64,000 nt of DNA from Candidatus Thorarchaeota archaeon (GTDB lineage: Archaea; Asgardarchaeota; Thorarchaeia; Thorarchaeales; Thorarchaeaceae), in contig RDOC01000004.1 of NCBI GenBank assembly GCA_011364985.1, forward strand, positions 64,001 to 128,000. The letters are read 5' to 3'. The position numbers were made by a program, and so were the translations under genes. The notes under the pieces were generated by a model. The model saw only the letters and a list, made by a program, of their open reading frames with translations. It was not told where the DNA came from and made no database searches. Of the stretch, positions 36,922 to 47,799 are shown piece after piece; within the stretch, counting starts at the first letter, position 1; each line of letters starts with the position of its first letter.

Positions 36922-37998
36922 TTGCCAGAATACGAAATCGGATTCGTCACCACGGAACAAGATGTAAACCATTGTCAACCATTTCAAAAACCGAATCTGG
37001 AAGCCTTGGAAACACCTCTTAGGATTGAAATGGCACTGGATTATCTTGAGAAATCCGGAGCACTTACTGGACTGAAGAGCATCCGAAGCAAGGAAGCGAC
37101 CTTGGAAGACGTATTTGTGGTGCACTCACCATATCTAATTGACACCGTTCGCTTGATGTCAGACTTGGGATGCGGCTACCTTGCGGAGTCTGCGTATGCT
37201 AGTGCTGACCTTTTATTTTCCTCACTATGTGCTGTGGGAGGTGCGCTGGCTGCATCAAGAGAGATTCTTAGTGGAGGATCTAAACACGCATTCGCACTGA
37301 TTCGTCCGCCAGGGCATCATGCTTCCACCTCCAGTCCCGGGGGTCTGTGCTACTTTAACAATGTTGCAATTGCTGTAAAACATGCCATGCAAGACGAAAG
37401 CATCAAAAGAGTTTCAATCATTGACTTCGATAACCATTTCGGCAATGGAACAGCAGAGATATTCTATGCCGACCCCTCGGTACAATACATATCTCTTCAC
37501 GAATATGACTATACCAGTCTTGGAATCGGGCACTACGAAGAAGTGGGGTATGGAGAGGGCATAGGAACAAACATCAATATTCCACTCTTGGAATCGACCT
37601 CAGATTCTAGTTATTCCGCGGCACTTGATAAGATTGTCAAGAAAGCTGTCATGAGTTTTCGCCCAGATATCATAGCAGTCTCTGCGGGATACGATCCGCA
37701 CTATGCCGACCCTGTGGGCAATATGGACATCGACTCACGAACCTTTTGGAAGATTGGCTCAACGATAAGAAGCCTGGTTGATTCACTGAAATTGAAGGGA
37801 TCCTTTTGGGTTCTTGAGGGAGGGTATAATCTCTTCACGATCGGTCCTTCAATTCATGGTAGTCTTTCCGGATTGAAGGGAGAATCAATGCCTAGACTTC
37901 AAGACCAAATAGAAAGGGAAATCTGCGAGGCACTTGAAGAAGGTAATGAAGAAGTGATAGAAAGAGTTCTGGAAACAGTATCGCCGTTTCTTGAGTAG
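36922..37998 (+). CDS. Histone deacetylase family protein
   Basis: RPPGHHA, GLCYFNN, DFDNHFGNGT, SAGYD and LEGGY; TTG start after the cca stop. Confidence 0.92.
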   Translation: MPEYEIGFVTTEQDVNHCQPFQKPNLEALETPLRIEMALDYLEKSGALTGLKSIRSKEATLEDVFVVHSPYLIDTVRLMSDLGCGYLAESAYASADLLFSSLCAVGGALAASREILSGGSKHAFALIRPPGHHASTSSPGGLCYFNNVAIAVKHAMQDESIKRVSIIDFDNHFGNGTAEIFYADPSVQYISLHEYDYTSLGIGHYEEVGYGEGIGTNINIPLLESTSDSSYSAALDKIVKKAVMSFRPDIIAVSAGYDPHYADPVGNMDIDSRTFWKIGSTIRSLVDSLKLKGSFWVLEGGYNLFTIGPSIHGSLSGLKGESMPRLQDQIEREICEALEEGNEEVIERVLETVSPFLE

Positions 37999-38068
37999 AC
38001 GAGATGCACAATGTTTTAAGTTAAGCCGAGCTGAGCGTTGTAAGAACCCTAAAGGATGGAAAACGGAC

Positions 38069-38341
38069 TTGGGTAAAAAGAGAAAATCAGGTGGCCGAAG
38101 TAAGGGCAAATCTGGAAAGACTGGAACAGTTCAATGCTCGAAGTGCGGCCGCTTGGTACCAGCAGACAAGGCCAAGAAATACACAAAGCGAATTTCGGCC
38201 GTTGACCCTCAGCTCGCTCGCGAACTTCGGCAGCAAGGCAGCTACATTCAAACTCGGAGAGTGACCCAGTACTACTGCATTAGTTGTGCAGTTCACTCAG
38301 GCAAAGTCCAGATTCGGCAAGCTACCGACCGCCGAGATTGA
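38069..38341 (+). CDS. rps26e: 30S ribosomal protein S26e
   Basis: KKRKSGGRSK, VQCSKCGRLVPADKA and YCISCAVH. Confidence 0.95.
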   Translation: MGKKRKSGGRSKGKSGKTGTVQCSKCGRLVPADKAKKYTKRISAVDPQLARELRQQGSYIQTRRVTQYYCISCAVHSGKVQIRQATDRRD

Positions 38342-38428
38342 GACCATCGCCAATTCAAACACAAGATGTTTGTCAACACGCTCGGAATCCTGCTTGAGGC
38401 TGTTCTCTCAGAATAGACGGTAGTCCGC

Positions 38429-39019
38429 ATGACATGTCAACCAAGTCTACTTCGATTCGTTTTCCTGCTTCCCCGGTTATCTGTTAAGGGAGATTTCAAC
38501 CTGAAGGATCTTCCCGGTTCAGGGGAAAGAGTCGACATCTTGTGCAGGGCATTATCAGCTTGTTTTGGATGGGGGCCCTCAACATGGAATAAGGACAACC
38601 TAGAGCTTGCGGCAGTGATTGATGACAAAGTGACTCTTACATTTTCAAATCCAACCTGTGGTGTCCATGACGGGGAAACAGCGTGGGCGAAGGAAATCAG
38701 ACGTGCGCTACAGGGAAATCCACCTTCATTCATTCAGAGAAGAGAGATCGGACTGGAAACGTTAATTGAGGAGATGATTTCCTCATGCAATTCACAGACT
38801 TGGGCATTGGATGAAAACGGCACTGTTTTCGATGACATTCGCGCCCTGATTCCTGCACAGGAGAACTACATTATCATTGGGGACCATAAGGGATACGATA
38901 AAAAGGCAAAGAGAATTTTCGCAAAACATAGCATTTATCGCATTTCACTTGGTGAAATCAGCTATCTTGGAAGTCACTGCGTGGCCGCCATGATTTCTAT
39001 GTTTGAAAGGATGAAATAA
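38429..39019 (+). CDS. trmY: tRNA (pseudouridine54-N1)-methyltransferase
   Basis: FNLKDLPGSG.RVDILCR, IIGDHKG and ISLG..SYLGSHC. Confidence 0.85.
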   Translation: MTCQPSLLRFVFLLPRLSVKGDFNLKDLPGSGERVDILCRALSACFGWGPSTWNKDNLELAAVIDDKVTLTFSNPTCGVHDGETAWAKEIRRALQGNPPSFIQRREIGLETLIEEMISSCNSQTWALDENGTVFDDIRALIPAQENYIIIGDHKGYDKKAKRIFAKHSIYRISLGEISYLGSHCVAAMISMFERMK

Positions 39020-39021
39020 CA

Positions 39022-39381
39022 ATGTCCCAGAATCCAGAGCACAACCCACAAGGAGAACCACCAAAAGCGATGCTAAGGCTCCATAACAAGCTAACCAAGG
39101 AAATGCTTTGGATGTATATTCTTCGACTGCTGCAAGAGAGACCGCACTACGGTTACGAGATCAAAGAATTGGTAACAGAAAGATTCGGATTCTCACCGGC
39201 CACGGTTAGTGGATATGCAATCCTCTATCGGTTAACTAAGGATGGTCTAATTGCTGGGCAGAGAAAGGATGACTCTCCCCGAAAATACTACGAGATTACT
39301 GAGGAAGGACGAGATGCCATGAAGAGCGCAAAAGAGTTTCTCTCTGAAACACTCCACAGAGTGTTTGATCTCACAGAGTAG
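39022..39381 (+). CDS. PadR family transcriptional regulator
   Basis: HYGYEI..YAILYRL..RKYYEITEEG. Confidence 0.92.
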   Translation: MSQNPEHNPQGEPPKAMLRLHNKLTKEMLWMYILRLLQERPHYGYEIKELVTERFGFSPATVSGYAILYRLTKDGLIAGQRKDDSPRKYYEITEEGRDAMKSAKEFLSETLHRVFDLTE

Positions 39382-39442
39382 GTAGTGTTATTTGACCTGC
39401 ACTCTTGCGAACAACATGGGACATCTATCAAGCATAACGGAT

Positions 39443-40183
39443 TCATGTGCTTTGGCCTTCATTTGATCGAACTGCACCGATGATTTTTCGTGCATAGAGC
39501 AGGCGTTGAGCCACGGTGACGTGAGATAAGACACCAACGAGAAAGATGCAAACTGCGAGTATATTTGTCAGATTCAGCAATACAAAGAAATCCATCACAT
39601 CTGCTGGCATAATGGCTAGGAAGTCCAACCAGATATTCGTAGGAGGCAATGCCAGCAGCAAAATGCCAATCATAGTCAGAATCATCTTCTCTTGACGCTC
39701 AGCAATACCTACTGTGCAGCTTTCCATTCCGCCGACTGATTCTGCCTTGGCGCGAGTGAAGCTTGCCATAATCATACCAACGAGTGCGAAGAAGCCCCAG
39801 AACCAATGAACATAGCTATCACCGAGAGAGTAAGGCCACCAGAGAATAGGGATTATGCTTGTTGGGCCAAGCATAAGACCTAACATGAAGAAATACTCGG
39901 CATATCTGTCAAGGGTATGATCCAAGGTAGCGCCAAAAGGTGTCGCCAGACCTGCAGCTCTAGCCACGGCACCATCAAGCATATCCAGAACAACAGAAAG
40001 GATCATGAAAGCAAGTCCAAGCAGAAGGTCGCCAAGGAAAAAGATGTATGCGGTTATCATCGCAATAACCACTGTGAGTCCTGTAATCATGTTGGGTGTG
40101 ATTCCTGTCCTTGCCAGAATTTCTCCTACGGGTTTCATGGCCCTTTGGTAACGTTCTCTCAGTTTTCCAAGCATGAGCTTCAC
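39443..40183 (-). CDS. CDP-alcohol phosphatidyltransferase (archaetidylinositol phosphate synthase-like)
   Basis: TPN, DMLDGAVAR..GATLDHTLDRY and SFTRAKAES. Confidence 0.9.
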   Translation of the reverse strand: MKLMLGKLRERYQRAMKPVGEILARTGITPNMITGLTVVIAMITAYIFFLGDLLLGLAFMILSVVLDMLDGAVARAAGLATPFGATLDHTLDRYAEYFFMLGLMLGPTSIIPILWWPYSLGDSYVHWFWGFFALVGMIMASFTRAKAESVGGMESCTVGIAERQEKMILTMIGILLLALPPTNIWLDFLAIMPADVMDFFVLLNLTNILAVCIFLVGVLSHVTVAQRLLYARKIIGAVRSNEGQST

Positions 40184-40247
40184 TTTTCCAAGACCCAGGG
40201 TCGGCTTCGCCCAAATTCAGTGCACTAATAAACGTGTTGTGAAGCAG

Positions 40248-41933
40248 TCACAGCACACTATTGATGCGTTTTAGTACCCACTCATTTCCTAGAAGATTTA
40301 GAAATCCGCCCAGTCTGGGACCTGACTTTCGAGAAATCAGAATACGGTATAACACAACAAAAGCTCTCTTGTCCTTCATTCCAACGGCGCGTGCCGTTTC
40401 AAAGACTTTGCTCTGTAATTCCTCATCATCAAGTGATTCTCCCTTTAGGACTTCACAAAATTTTGTGAGAAACTTGCGGTCGTTATCGGTAATAGTGTCC
40501 ATAATCTCTTCTCGCACAGAATCCGGAACCTCAACCTTGTCCCTATCAGATCCAAACTCCTGAGCCCAAGTCCTTGCTCTATTGAGCCTTATCGGAATAA
40601 GCTTCTTTGCTTCGGTGGAAATCTCATTAAGCCCAAATTGTTTCTTCAGAACCTGCTCGCATCGTTCAAGAATGGTCGTAAAGCCAAGAATGCCCTCCAT
40701 TTGAGAGGTTATGATTGCGAACTTGTACGGCAGTTTCGGAACGTATTTCTCCGAAACCTCGCCATTCAGACATAGAGGATACAGTAGTCGAATTAGGTCC
40801 ATCTTTTCCTCTGGAGCGTCCTCAAGACCGTAGAACGTTCTCTCAAACCTATCAAATTCATCTACCATGTCAGGTATTCGCTCTGGATGCAAATCAATAG
40901 CTCTCTCAAGAGGCGGTGTCAACATTAAGTACCGATATAGCTCTGGAGGCGCAATTGAAAGCCATACCTTTGGACTGAACACAATTCCCTCTGATGTTGA
41001 CATGTCTCGGCCCCCAATGCGGACCCATTCAAAGGGCACTTTCACTGGACCTTCCATTCCAAAGACACGTCGGGATATCTCTAGACCAGTGTCAAATGAA
41101 CCACCCTTTACTGAGTGGTCCTTTCCTGCTGGCTCGCATGTCACATTCAGGACGAACCACTTCGCAGGCCAATCAATACGCCAAGAGAGTTTCACTTGGA
41201 GTTCGTTAAGAGACACTTCATCACTGTGGCCACAGGAAGGGCATGAAAAGGAAACCTTGTCGGTGACAGGATCATAGCCTGTGATTCTATTAACAACAAT
41301 TTCGCCCTTTGCACCTGCCTGAATACGTCCGCAAGAAGGACAGAATACAGAGGCTGGAAACCAATTCTTCATAGATTCTAAATAGTCAGCTTTCTGCGCA
41401 TCATTGAAGTCTCGCGCTACATATTCGATGAGTATCTCACGAATGGTTTCTGTATTCCTCAGACAGATTCGGGTCGCTTCCTGCATCTTACCTGATTCGT
41501 ACAATTTGCTTTGCCAAACCACCTCAGGGCTGACACCAAATTCTGGAAATGTTTTGATGAACTCATTTGTGGCATGTGCTCCGAAACTTTCACAGCATCC
41601 AAACTCGTCTGGCACCTTAGAGTATGGGATTCCGAGCCACTCGTCGAGCGAGAGTGAAACACTGGAAGGAAATGAACGAACTGGATCGTAATCATCTGCA
41701 ACAAAAAGTGTGCGTGTCTTCTTGCCGGCTTCGAGGAGTTTTCGCTTAATTACATCGGCTATGATAAGCTCACGGTAGAAACTGATGGGAATACTGCCAC
41801 TTATGCTCTTACCCGTAGAAACGATATACTCATCAGCTTCACGTTCCAATACACGCTCAAGTAGGTCATTTATCCAGTGAATGCTATATTCGAACTCAGA
41901 GGCTTCATCTGACACGCAATGGTCACCGGTCAT
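40248..41933 (-). CDS. lysS: Class I lysyl-tRNA synthetase homolog with degenerate signature motifs
   Basis: HW start, DDYDP.R, CxxC pairs, KLSWRIDWPAKW, GKDH and GPRLG; HIGH position reads PISF and KMSKS position reads DMSTS. Confidence 0.85.
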   Translation of the reverse strand: MTGDHCVSDEASEFEYSIHWINDLLERVLEREADEYIVSTGKSISGSIPISFYRELIIADVIKRKLLEAGKKTRTLFVADDYDPVRSFPSSVSLSLDEWLGIPYSKVPDEFGCCESFGAHATNEFIKTFPEFGVSPEVVWQSKLYESGKMQEATRICLRNTETIREILIEYVARDFNDAQKADYLESMKNWFPASVFCPSCGRIQAGAKGEIVVNRITGYDPVTDKVSFSCPSCGHSDEVSLNELQVKLSWRIDWPAKWFVLNVTCEPAGKDHSVKGGSFDTGLEISRRVFGMEGPVKVPFEWVRIGGRDMSTSEGIVFSPKVWLSIAPPELYRYLMLTPPLERAIDLHPERIPDMVDEFDRFERTFYGLEDAPEEKMDLIRLLYPLCLNGEVSEKYVPKLPYKFAIITSQMEGILGFTTILERCEQVLKKQFGLNEISTEAKKLIPIRLNRARTWAQEFGSDRDKVEVPDSVREEIMDTITDNDRKFLTKFCEVLKGESLDDEELQSKVFETARAVGMKDKRAFVVLYRILISRKSGPRLGGFLNLLGNEWVLKRINSVL

Positions 41934-41963
41934 CCTGTCGAATGGATGCTAAAGAAGATTGCT

Positions 41964-43814
41964 CTAAACAGAGAATTCGGATACGCGAAGGTCTGTCCTG
42001 CTGTTGAAAATGATATAGACTGGAATTGCAGCAAGAACCACCACAAGCAGTAGAGCGACAATGGTTATCATCATGGTGAAAGGAAGATACAGAAGTGATG
42101 GCACCGCGGCTTCAGGGACGAGGAAGTAAATACTGAAGATAGCCGCAAATACAACTCCGGGAAATCCTGCTTGAAGACCGATACTCACTCCTTCTGCTAT
42201 CATAGTTCTTGCTATGAAAGCGGGCTTTGCTCCGATGGAACGCATTATGACATAATCGCGGAATCTGCCAAAAACTGATACAAGCAAGTAGTTCATTAGC
42301 GATAGGAAAGCACCAAACAGGGCGATAAGAGGCAACGGCTGTAGCAGCGCCCAAAAGGAGCCAACAACTTGTAGGTTCTCCTCGATGACTGACTCTTGTT
42401 CGAAGATTCTCAGTCCATAGCTAGAAGCTAGTGATTCAATTGTACTGATAGAGGACCTATCATTCTGATAGAGCTGCAAGAGGAGCAGATTTGGTCCTGA
42501 GATAGGATACAGCTCCTGCATTTTCCCATAGCTGATAAAAGCCACATCTCCGCCGTTAATGACATCAAAAGCAATGGCCGTGATATCAAAAGCTGAGCCC
42601 TCAACTCCAATGCTCTGAATCAATGGATCAGTAAAAAGCCTTGAAGCCAATTCTCCACCAATCCAGGCATGATATGATGCATTTGCGCGATTGCCCTCAT
42701 AATACCAGTCGGATATTGTGTTCTGCCAATTAATGCCAACCACAAGAGCGCTTCCCGAACGTTCTTCACCGATCAATTCCCAATCACCAATTGTCGGATT
42801 CCATAGAATTCCGGCACCTTCCGTGACTGCTGAATATGTCACAATACGGGATTCTATTGCTTGGACATTCGACAGCTCCTCAAGATCTGCTATGAGAGAA
42901 GAGGGAATTCTATAAGAGTCATACGCGAAATCGAAACTATTGTTTAGCTTTGACCCGCTAAGTGAGTATGCGTTGTAATATTGCTTGAGGAGATCGCCAT
43001 TCCCAATGGCGATGACATCAGAACCCATAGAGCGGATAATGTATGCATCTGTGGTGGCTTCAACAACTCCACCACCAATCCAAAGCACTGACGCAAGAGA
43101 AATACTCAGAAAGAGTGAAAGAAGTGTGCGTCGTGCGCCTTTGATTCTCCGTCCAGAAGCCTTAGTGGCAATTCTAAAGGGCAGTCCAAATGAATCGAGG
43201 AAGCCAACTCTGCGTACCTTCGACCCAACTTCAGGATTAAGGGCATCAATAGGAGATTCGTGTACTGTGTCATAAATTGGCTTTTGCGCAGCGAAGAATC
43301 CGGTTATCAAAAAGATTGCCGCAAGGAACACAACCTGAAGAATTGGAAAATTAAAGGTGAATGCTATAGTAGGAACAACAGACGCCAACCAAACAAGGCC
43401 GGCCAAGTAAATCACAGTACCTATTCCGATTCCCAGAATAACGCTTGCTCCCAAGAGCATCACTGCTTGAGCCATAAAATGGTCAAACAGGGTGTCCATT
43501 AAGGTCCCTACAGCCTTCATCAATCCAATATCCTTGCGCCGAGCAACCATCTCCAAGGATATTGTACTTGAAACAACTACAGCTCCAAGAATTAGGACGA
43601 GGATTAAAGTTGCCCAGATGAAGGTTTCCAGGAAGACACCAAGAGAGGTGGTGGTTCCCGTTGACGTCACAAATGATGTAACATCAAGAAGTACATTTCC
43701 GAAAAGGAACAAGAAGGTTGTTGCTGCCACAACAGAAACCATTGAGAGGAGTATGAGGGTGCTCCTGAAAGGCCTCCGCTTTAAGTCCTTGGAAGCATAG
43801 TCTTGTTCAGACAT
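41964..43814 (-). CDS. FtsX/MacB-like ABC permease (two permease halves)
   Basis: RRKDIGLMKAVG and RDYVIMRSIGAK with an extracytoplasmic domain between them. Confidence 0.9.
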   Translation of the reverse strand: MSEQDYASKDLKRRPFRSTLILLSMVSVVAATTFLFLFGNVLLDVTSFVTSTGTTTSLGVFLETFIWATLILVLILGAVVVSSTISLEMVARRKDIGLMKAVGTLMDTLFDHFMAQAVMLLGASVILGIGIGTVIYLAGLVWLASVVPTIAFTFNFPILQVVFLAAIFLITGFFAAQKPIYDTVHESPIDALNPEVGSKVRRVGFLDSFGLPFRIATKASGRRIKGARRTLLSLFLSISLASVLWIGGGVVEATTDAYIIRSMGSDVIAIGNGDLLKQYYNAYSLSGSKLNNSFDFAYDSYRIPSSLIADLEELSNVQAIESRIVTYSAVTEGAGILWNPTIGDWELIGEERSGSALVVGINWQNTISDWYYEGNRANASYHAWIGGELASRLFTDPLIQSIGVEGSAFDITAIAFDVINGGDVAFISYGKMQELYPISGPNLLLLQLYQNDRSSISTIESLASSYGLRIFEQESVIEENLQVVGSFWALLQPLPLIALFGAFLSLMNYLLVSVFGRFRDYVIMRSIGAKPAFIARTMIAEGVSIGLQAGFPGVVFAAIFSIYFLVPEAAVPSLLYLPFTMMITIVALLLVVVLAAIPVYIIFNSRTDLRVSEFSV

Positions 43815-44556
43815 CTTGCGTTAGCACTCCATTCTCCATTCTGAACTGTTTGGCTCCCTTTGTGTTCACAATCTTCTCGTCATGAGTCATTGTTATGACT
43901 GCCTTACCATCTCGATGTGCTTTTCTTAGAATATCTCGGACCATCTCTGCACTCACAGCATCAAGATTGGCGGTCGGCTCATCGGCTAGTATTATAGGAG
44001 GGTCGTTTGCCAGGGCTCGTGCAATGGCTACCCGCTGCTGTTCGCCTGCAGACAGCTGCCAAGGTAAATGATCTGCCCGTTCATCCAGTTTCACAAGCTT
44101 AAGCAATGCAAGGGCATCTTCCTCAAGCTCCTTTATCGGACGGTCAGTCAGCTGCATTGGGAACATTACATTCTCCAAAGCAGTTAATGTGGAAACTAAA
44201 TTATAGTTTTGAAAGATGAAGCCGGTATTCGCAAGTCGGAAAGTGGCCCTGAAAGACTCATCATAGTCGCCAATGGTGACATCCATGACAAAGACGGTTC
44301 CAGATGTGACATAGTCAATTGCACCAATGACATTCAAAAGAGTGGTCTTGCCAGACCCTGAAGGCCCAGATACTGCAACAAATTCGCCAGGGCGGATTTC
44401 CAAATTCACGTTTCTTAGTGCAGAAATCTCCCTGTTGCCAATGGTATAATTCCTTGACACATCGACCAGCCGCACTGCAAAATTCACAGATTCGTCATCG
44501 TCGACTTCAACTTCGTCGTAGGGGATATCATCATCCCAAGAATCATCACCGGCCAT
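43807..44556 (-). CDS. ABC ATPase (LolD/MacB type)
   Basis: [17 protein letters not shown] and DEPTANLD. Confidence 0.95.
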   Translation of the reverse strand: MAGDDSWDDDIPYDEVEVDDDESVNFAVRLVDVSRNYTIGNREISALRNVNLEIRPGEFVAVSGPSGSGKTTLLNVIGAIDYVTSGTVFVMDVTIGDYDESFRATFRLANTGFIFQNYNLVSTLTALENVMFPMQLTDRPIKELEEDALALLKLVKLDERADHLPWQLSAGEQQRVAIARALANDPPIILADEPTANLDAVSAEMVRDILRKAHRDGKAVITMTHDEKIVNTKGAKQFRMENGVLTQDV

Positions 44557-44654
44557 AGTCAGTATCAACTCAGCAAATCTGATTCTGTCCCTATTCAAGG
44601 AGGGCGCTGCTTTGGGCAGCGTTCACTAACAAGATAAGGATAGAGGTTAGGCAG

Positions 44655-45416
44655 TCATTGTACTAGTAATCCATTAACAGTAATAGCTGATTTTGCCCAA
44701 TCGGTCAATACAAGCGGCTTTTCTCTTCCAAAGACCTTGATGGTTCTTAGGACATCTTCCTCCAACAGACCACCGACATAGTATGACACAAGGCTCTTTT
44801 CAATCGAGAGCGTTCGGCTTAGTTCAGCCTGAGTGATTCTACCATTTGCCATGCATGCATCAAGAATCGATTTGATTGTAGGATTAGTGAACATTGATGC
44901 CAGTTTCAGAACTTGATCATCGGGGGAGTAGCCCCTGATAAAGAGATGGCGGGCATTTCCATTTCTAACTGATAGTACAGATCCATCTCGTTCAAGATTT
45001 CTTAGATGATACTGCAGTGCACCCATGGCACATCCAACCTGCCTATGAAGTTCCCTCAGATGGATTCCTGGATTCTGGGAGATTTCTTCTACAATACGGT
45101 CACGTAACTTCAGGACTTTTTCTTCACGACGTTCCAGAGAAATCGTGCCAAGAGCCAGAAAGATGGCACCTGCAGATAGTTTGATGTTATATTCCATAGG
45201 CAGAACAACCAGCGTTCCACCAATCACACTCATACCGGCACTTGTTGTTCCATTCAAGCTTATCTGGGATAGAAAGCTATCTGACCACGACAAATCCTGA
45301 ACAAGAAGCTGATCACTTCCTTGGCCGACGCCAGACATTGCAAGACTGGCCATACCTGAGAACAGAAACAGGAATGAGAGTGCAATTAGAGATTTTCGTA
45401 CTCTTGTAGATGGCAT
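44655..45416 (-). CDS. Membrane-anchored double winged-helix transcription regulator
   Basis: N-terminal hydrophobic segments; NPGIHLREL..LQYHL and ITQAELSRTL..VSYY. Confidence 0.82.
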   Translation of the reverse strand: MPSTRVRKSLIALSFLFLFSGMASLAMSGVGQGSDQLLVQDLSWSDSFLSQISLNGTTSAGMSVIGGTLVVLPMEYNIKLSAGAIFLALGTISLERREEKVLKLRDRIVEEISQNPGIHLRELHRQVGCAMGALQYHLRNLERDGSVLSVRNGNARHLFIRGYSPDDQVLKLASMFTNPTIKSILDACMANGRITQAELSRTLSIEKSLVSYYVGGLLEEDVLRTIKVFGREKPLVLTDWAKSAITVNGLLVQ

Positions 45417-45494
45417 GGCCTTCTCTCCATTATGATACTCTTGTGGAGTACATAGTTAAGCAATATGTATGAAGAACAGTTGTACTAATGAATC

Positions 45495-46043
45495 CTATCC
45501 TCTGGGTGGATAGGACAAGGTGATCTTGAACCTGCAGGCATCAGCTTTGACAGACATGCATGTTTCTTCGGTAACCACTAGTTTCTCATATTGAATTCTA
45601 TTAAAGTCAGTTAGGTACTCCATAACTGCTTCAATGAAACCTCTCAAGAAATAGCAGGAGGGTTCTTCACTCTCATAACCAGATGCATACGGATTGTCCT
45701 TGATTCTAATAACAGCCTCTTCGTCAAGGAAGAGCTTGTACAAGTTCTCAATCTCCACATCCCCAAATGGAACGATTAGGGTTCCTAGAGCTGTCTTGAT
45801 GAACTCGACGATTCCCTTGAAGTCACCGGGCGGCTTCTGCTTACCAATCTTGAAGTACTCGCGTTGTGCTTCGAGACCCGCAAGACGACCGGCGCTGTAA
45901 TAGAGATCTTTCACACGGTCTGGAAACATAACTGCTATTCGCGAACCAATCTTGTTCCAAGTCTTGGAGAAAAACGCCGACATTAATTCACGTTCCTTAA
46001 GGCGACCTTGCCACCAAGGTATAATATCGTCCGGTTTAGACAT
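45495..46043 (-). CDS. V4R domain protein
   Basis: NPYA..PSCYFLRGFIE..EETC..ACRF. Confidence 0.85.
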   Translation of the reverse strand: MSKPDDIIPWWQGRLKERELMSAFFSKTWNKIGSRIAVMFPDRVKDLYYSAGRLAGLEAQREYFKIGKQKPPGDFKGIVEFIKTALGTLIVPFGDVEIENLYKLFLDEEAVIRIKDNPYASGYESEEPSCYFLRGFIEAVMEYLTDFNRIQYEKLVVTEETCMSVKADACRFKITLSYPPRG

Positions 46044-46103
46044 CTAATCGACTCCGAAGAACGAAATACAGAGAGGAGTTAAGTGCTTTGTGTTGATTCC
46101 CCT

Positions 46104-46574
46104 CTATAAGCGAATATTCCATGTGCAGCTGCCCGCTCCTGTTGCTCTGCACGATTCCTGGAACACTTCTGCCTCCACCCCTTTGAAACGTAGAATAGCC
46201 TCAACTATCCCACTAAAGCCTTCACAATATCCAAATCCACGCATGCCTTCCAATGTGACATCTTGACACCATACGCACTCATCATCTGTTACACGAACAG
46301 ACCCTCGCGCAGTCTTCATGTCAATATCTGTTGGCTTCTTGTTGAAGAGCACCTTGTATATGGTTTCAACTAGCTTCGATACATCCTCGCGTGTCATGAC
46401 GGTATCTTTCGTTTTTTCTGCAATCTCAGTATTTAGATAAATGTGGGACCCCATTTCACGCCCCAGTTCCCGCAGTCGTTCATTTGCGTCCTCAATATTG
46501 TCTGTTTCTGCAAGAATTCCATCGACCCATTGCGCGTAGAGACTCAAGAGCAACGGATTTTCGATTTTCGCCAT
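46104..46574 (-). CDS. V4R/TRAPP Bet3-family-like protein
   Basis: LLLSLYAQWV..ANERLRELGREMG; CVWC..YC..G..ESC..G..C; GGAGGT RBS. Confidence 0.8.
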   Translation of the reverse strand: MAKIENPLLLSLYAQWVDGILAETDNIEDANERLRELGREMGSHIYLNTEIAEKTKDTVMTREDVSKLVETIYKVLFNKKPTDIDMKTARGSVRVTDDECVWCQDVTLEGMRGFGYCEGFSGIVEAILRFKGVEAEVFQESCRATGAGSCTWNIRL

Positions 46575-46587
46575 TTCTAAGGACCTC

Positions 46588-47580
46588 CTAAACAGTCTTA
46601 CCAATCAACTTGATTCCATACTTCTTGTTTCTGGCTATCGCTTGAATGACCTTAGCATGAGGGATATTCATTGCTTCAGCAATCTCTTCTGTCGTTTTCG
46701 TGCCATCACAGTGACGAATAATGTCAGCGTCTGGTCCTCTGATTTTGCTGATATCGCCTTCGAACTCAGGGCATTTTACGAACTTGCCTATTTTGGAATC
46801 TGCAGTCTGGGAAACTTCGACAACTTCTGGAACTTCAACAATGCTTTGCCCAGCCGCCCACTTTAGAAGCTCGATTACACGTTCGTTTGGTTGAAACATA
46901 GTATCAGCAATCTGAGTGGCAGATTTTGTGCCGTCAACAAGCATCAATACATCAAATCCAAAGTTTCGGTACATGCTCTTCATCTCCTTGTAGAGGGGAG
47001 AGTCAAGAGACAAAGCCGTTGAGTAGGTAGATCCTCTTTTGGGTATCGTTGCAGGTAGAATGTTATAGTCGGCGGGGGTCTTGGCCTCGGCTGGTGTATC
47101 CGCAACCTCTGCAACAGGTTCATATGATGCGTTCTCTATCGAATTCGTTACATCCACAACCGGTTCAGTCGAAGCTGTCGATGCAGCTTCCAAAGCAATA
47201 CTCTCCAAGACCTGAAGGTTTGATTCCGCGGATTCTTCAAAATCATCTGGGGGTGGAGGCAGTTCGATTCCCTCTAATAACCTGAGAACATTCTTTGTTT
47301 TTGCAATAGCAAGCCCCAGCTGAAGCTCTGGGACATATAGCACTGTGAGAATCCAGTTTTCGTCAACCGGTGATAGAACCACAAGTCCTTTTTCGGTATC
47401 AATTGTCATCAGTCGCAAGTCGCTTTTGTAGAGGGTAATACTATCCTTGACTCTGGGAAAGAGGTCATCTGGAAAAGAAAAGCTGACAAAGGGACGACCA
47501 GTCTTTGTCATCAAGGAATAGCCTAGAACTTGATCATCAAATCGGAGCTTCGATAAAGCTCGTTCCAAATCGGTTGCCAT
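46588..47580 (-). CDS. Roadblock/longin-like domain + linker + tandem wHTH protein (paralog of 49524-50474)
   Basis: Start MATDLERALSKLRFDD aligns with the paralog; VDGTKSATQIAD and CDGTKTTEEIAE. Confidence 0.75.
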   Translation of the reverse strand: MATDLERALSKLRFDDQVLGYSLMTKTGRPFVSFSFPDDLFPRVKDSITLYKSDLRLMTIDTEKGLVVLSPVDENWILTVLYVPELQLGLAIAKTKNVLRLLEGIELPPPPDDFEESAESNLQVLESIALEAASTASTEPVVDVTNSIENASYEPVAEVADTPAEAKTPADYNILPATIPKRGSTYSTALSLDSPLYKEMKSMYRNFGFDVLMLVDGTKSATQIADTMFQPNERVIELLKWAAGQSIVEVPEVVEVSQTADSKIGKFVKCPEFEGDISKIRGPDADIIRHCDGTKTTEEIAEAMNIPHAKVIQAIARNKKYGIKLIGKTV

Positions 47581-47799
47581 ACTTGGGTACCTCACTGTCA
47601 CTGCGGATTGAGAAAGACCTGCTGGACATGTTATTCTTTCTTGGTGGTCTGAAAAGCATTTTGGTGGCATATGTTCCCACAGCAATGCCGTATTTGCAGT
47701 CTGGGTGCGTTTGCTACGTGAGGAATCCAAAATGGCAGAAAGCATTAAGAGAGGATTTGATAGCTCAACCATAGAGCGAGTTACTAGGAAGTTTGCACA

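Noticed and set aside
47581-47772. N-terminal extension of ORF 46588-47772
   Set aside because: Alignment with the paralog places the start at 47580. Similar over-extensions were trimmed for rtcB, the HDAC, rps26e, porG and the methyltransferase.
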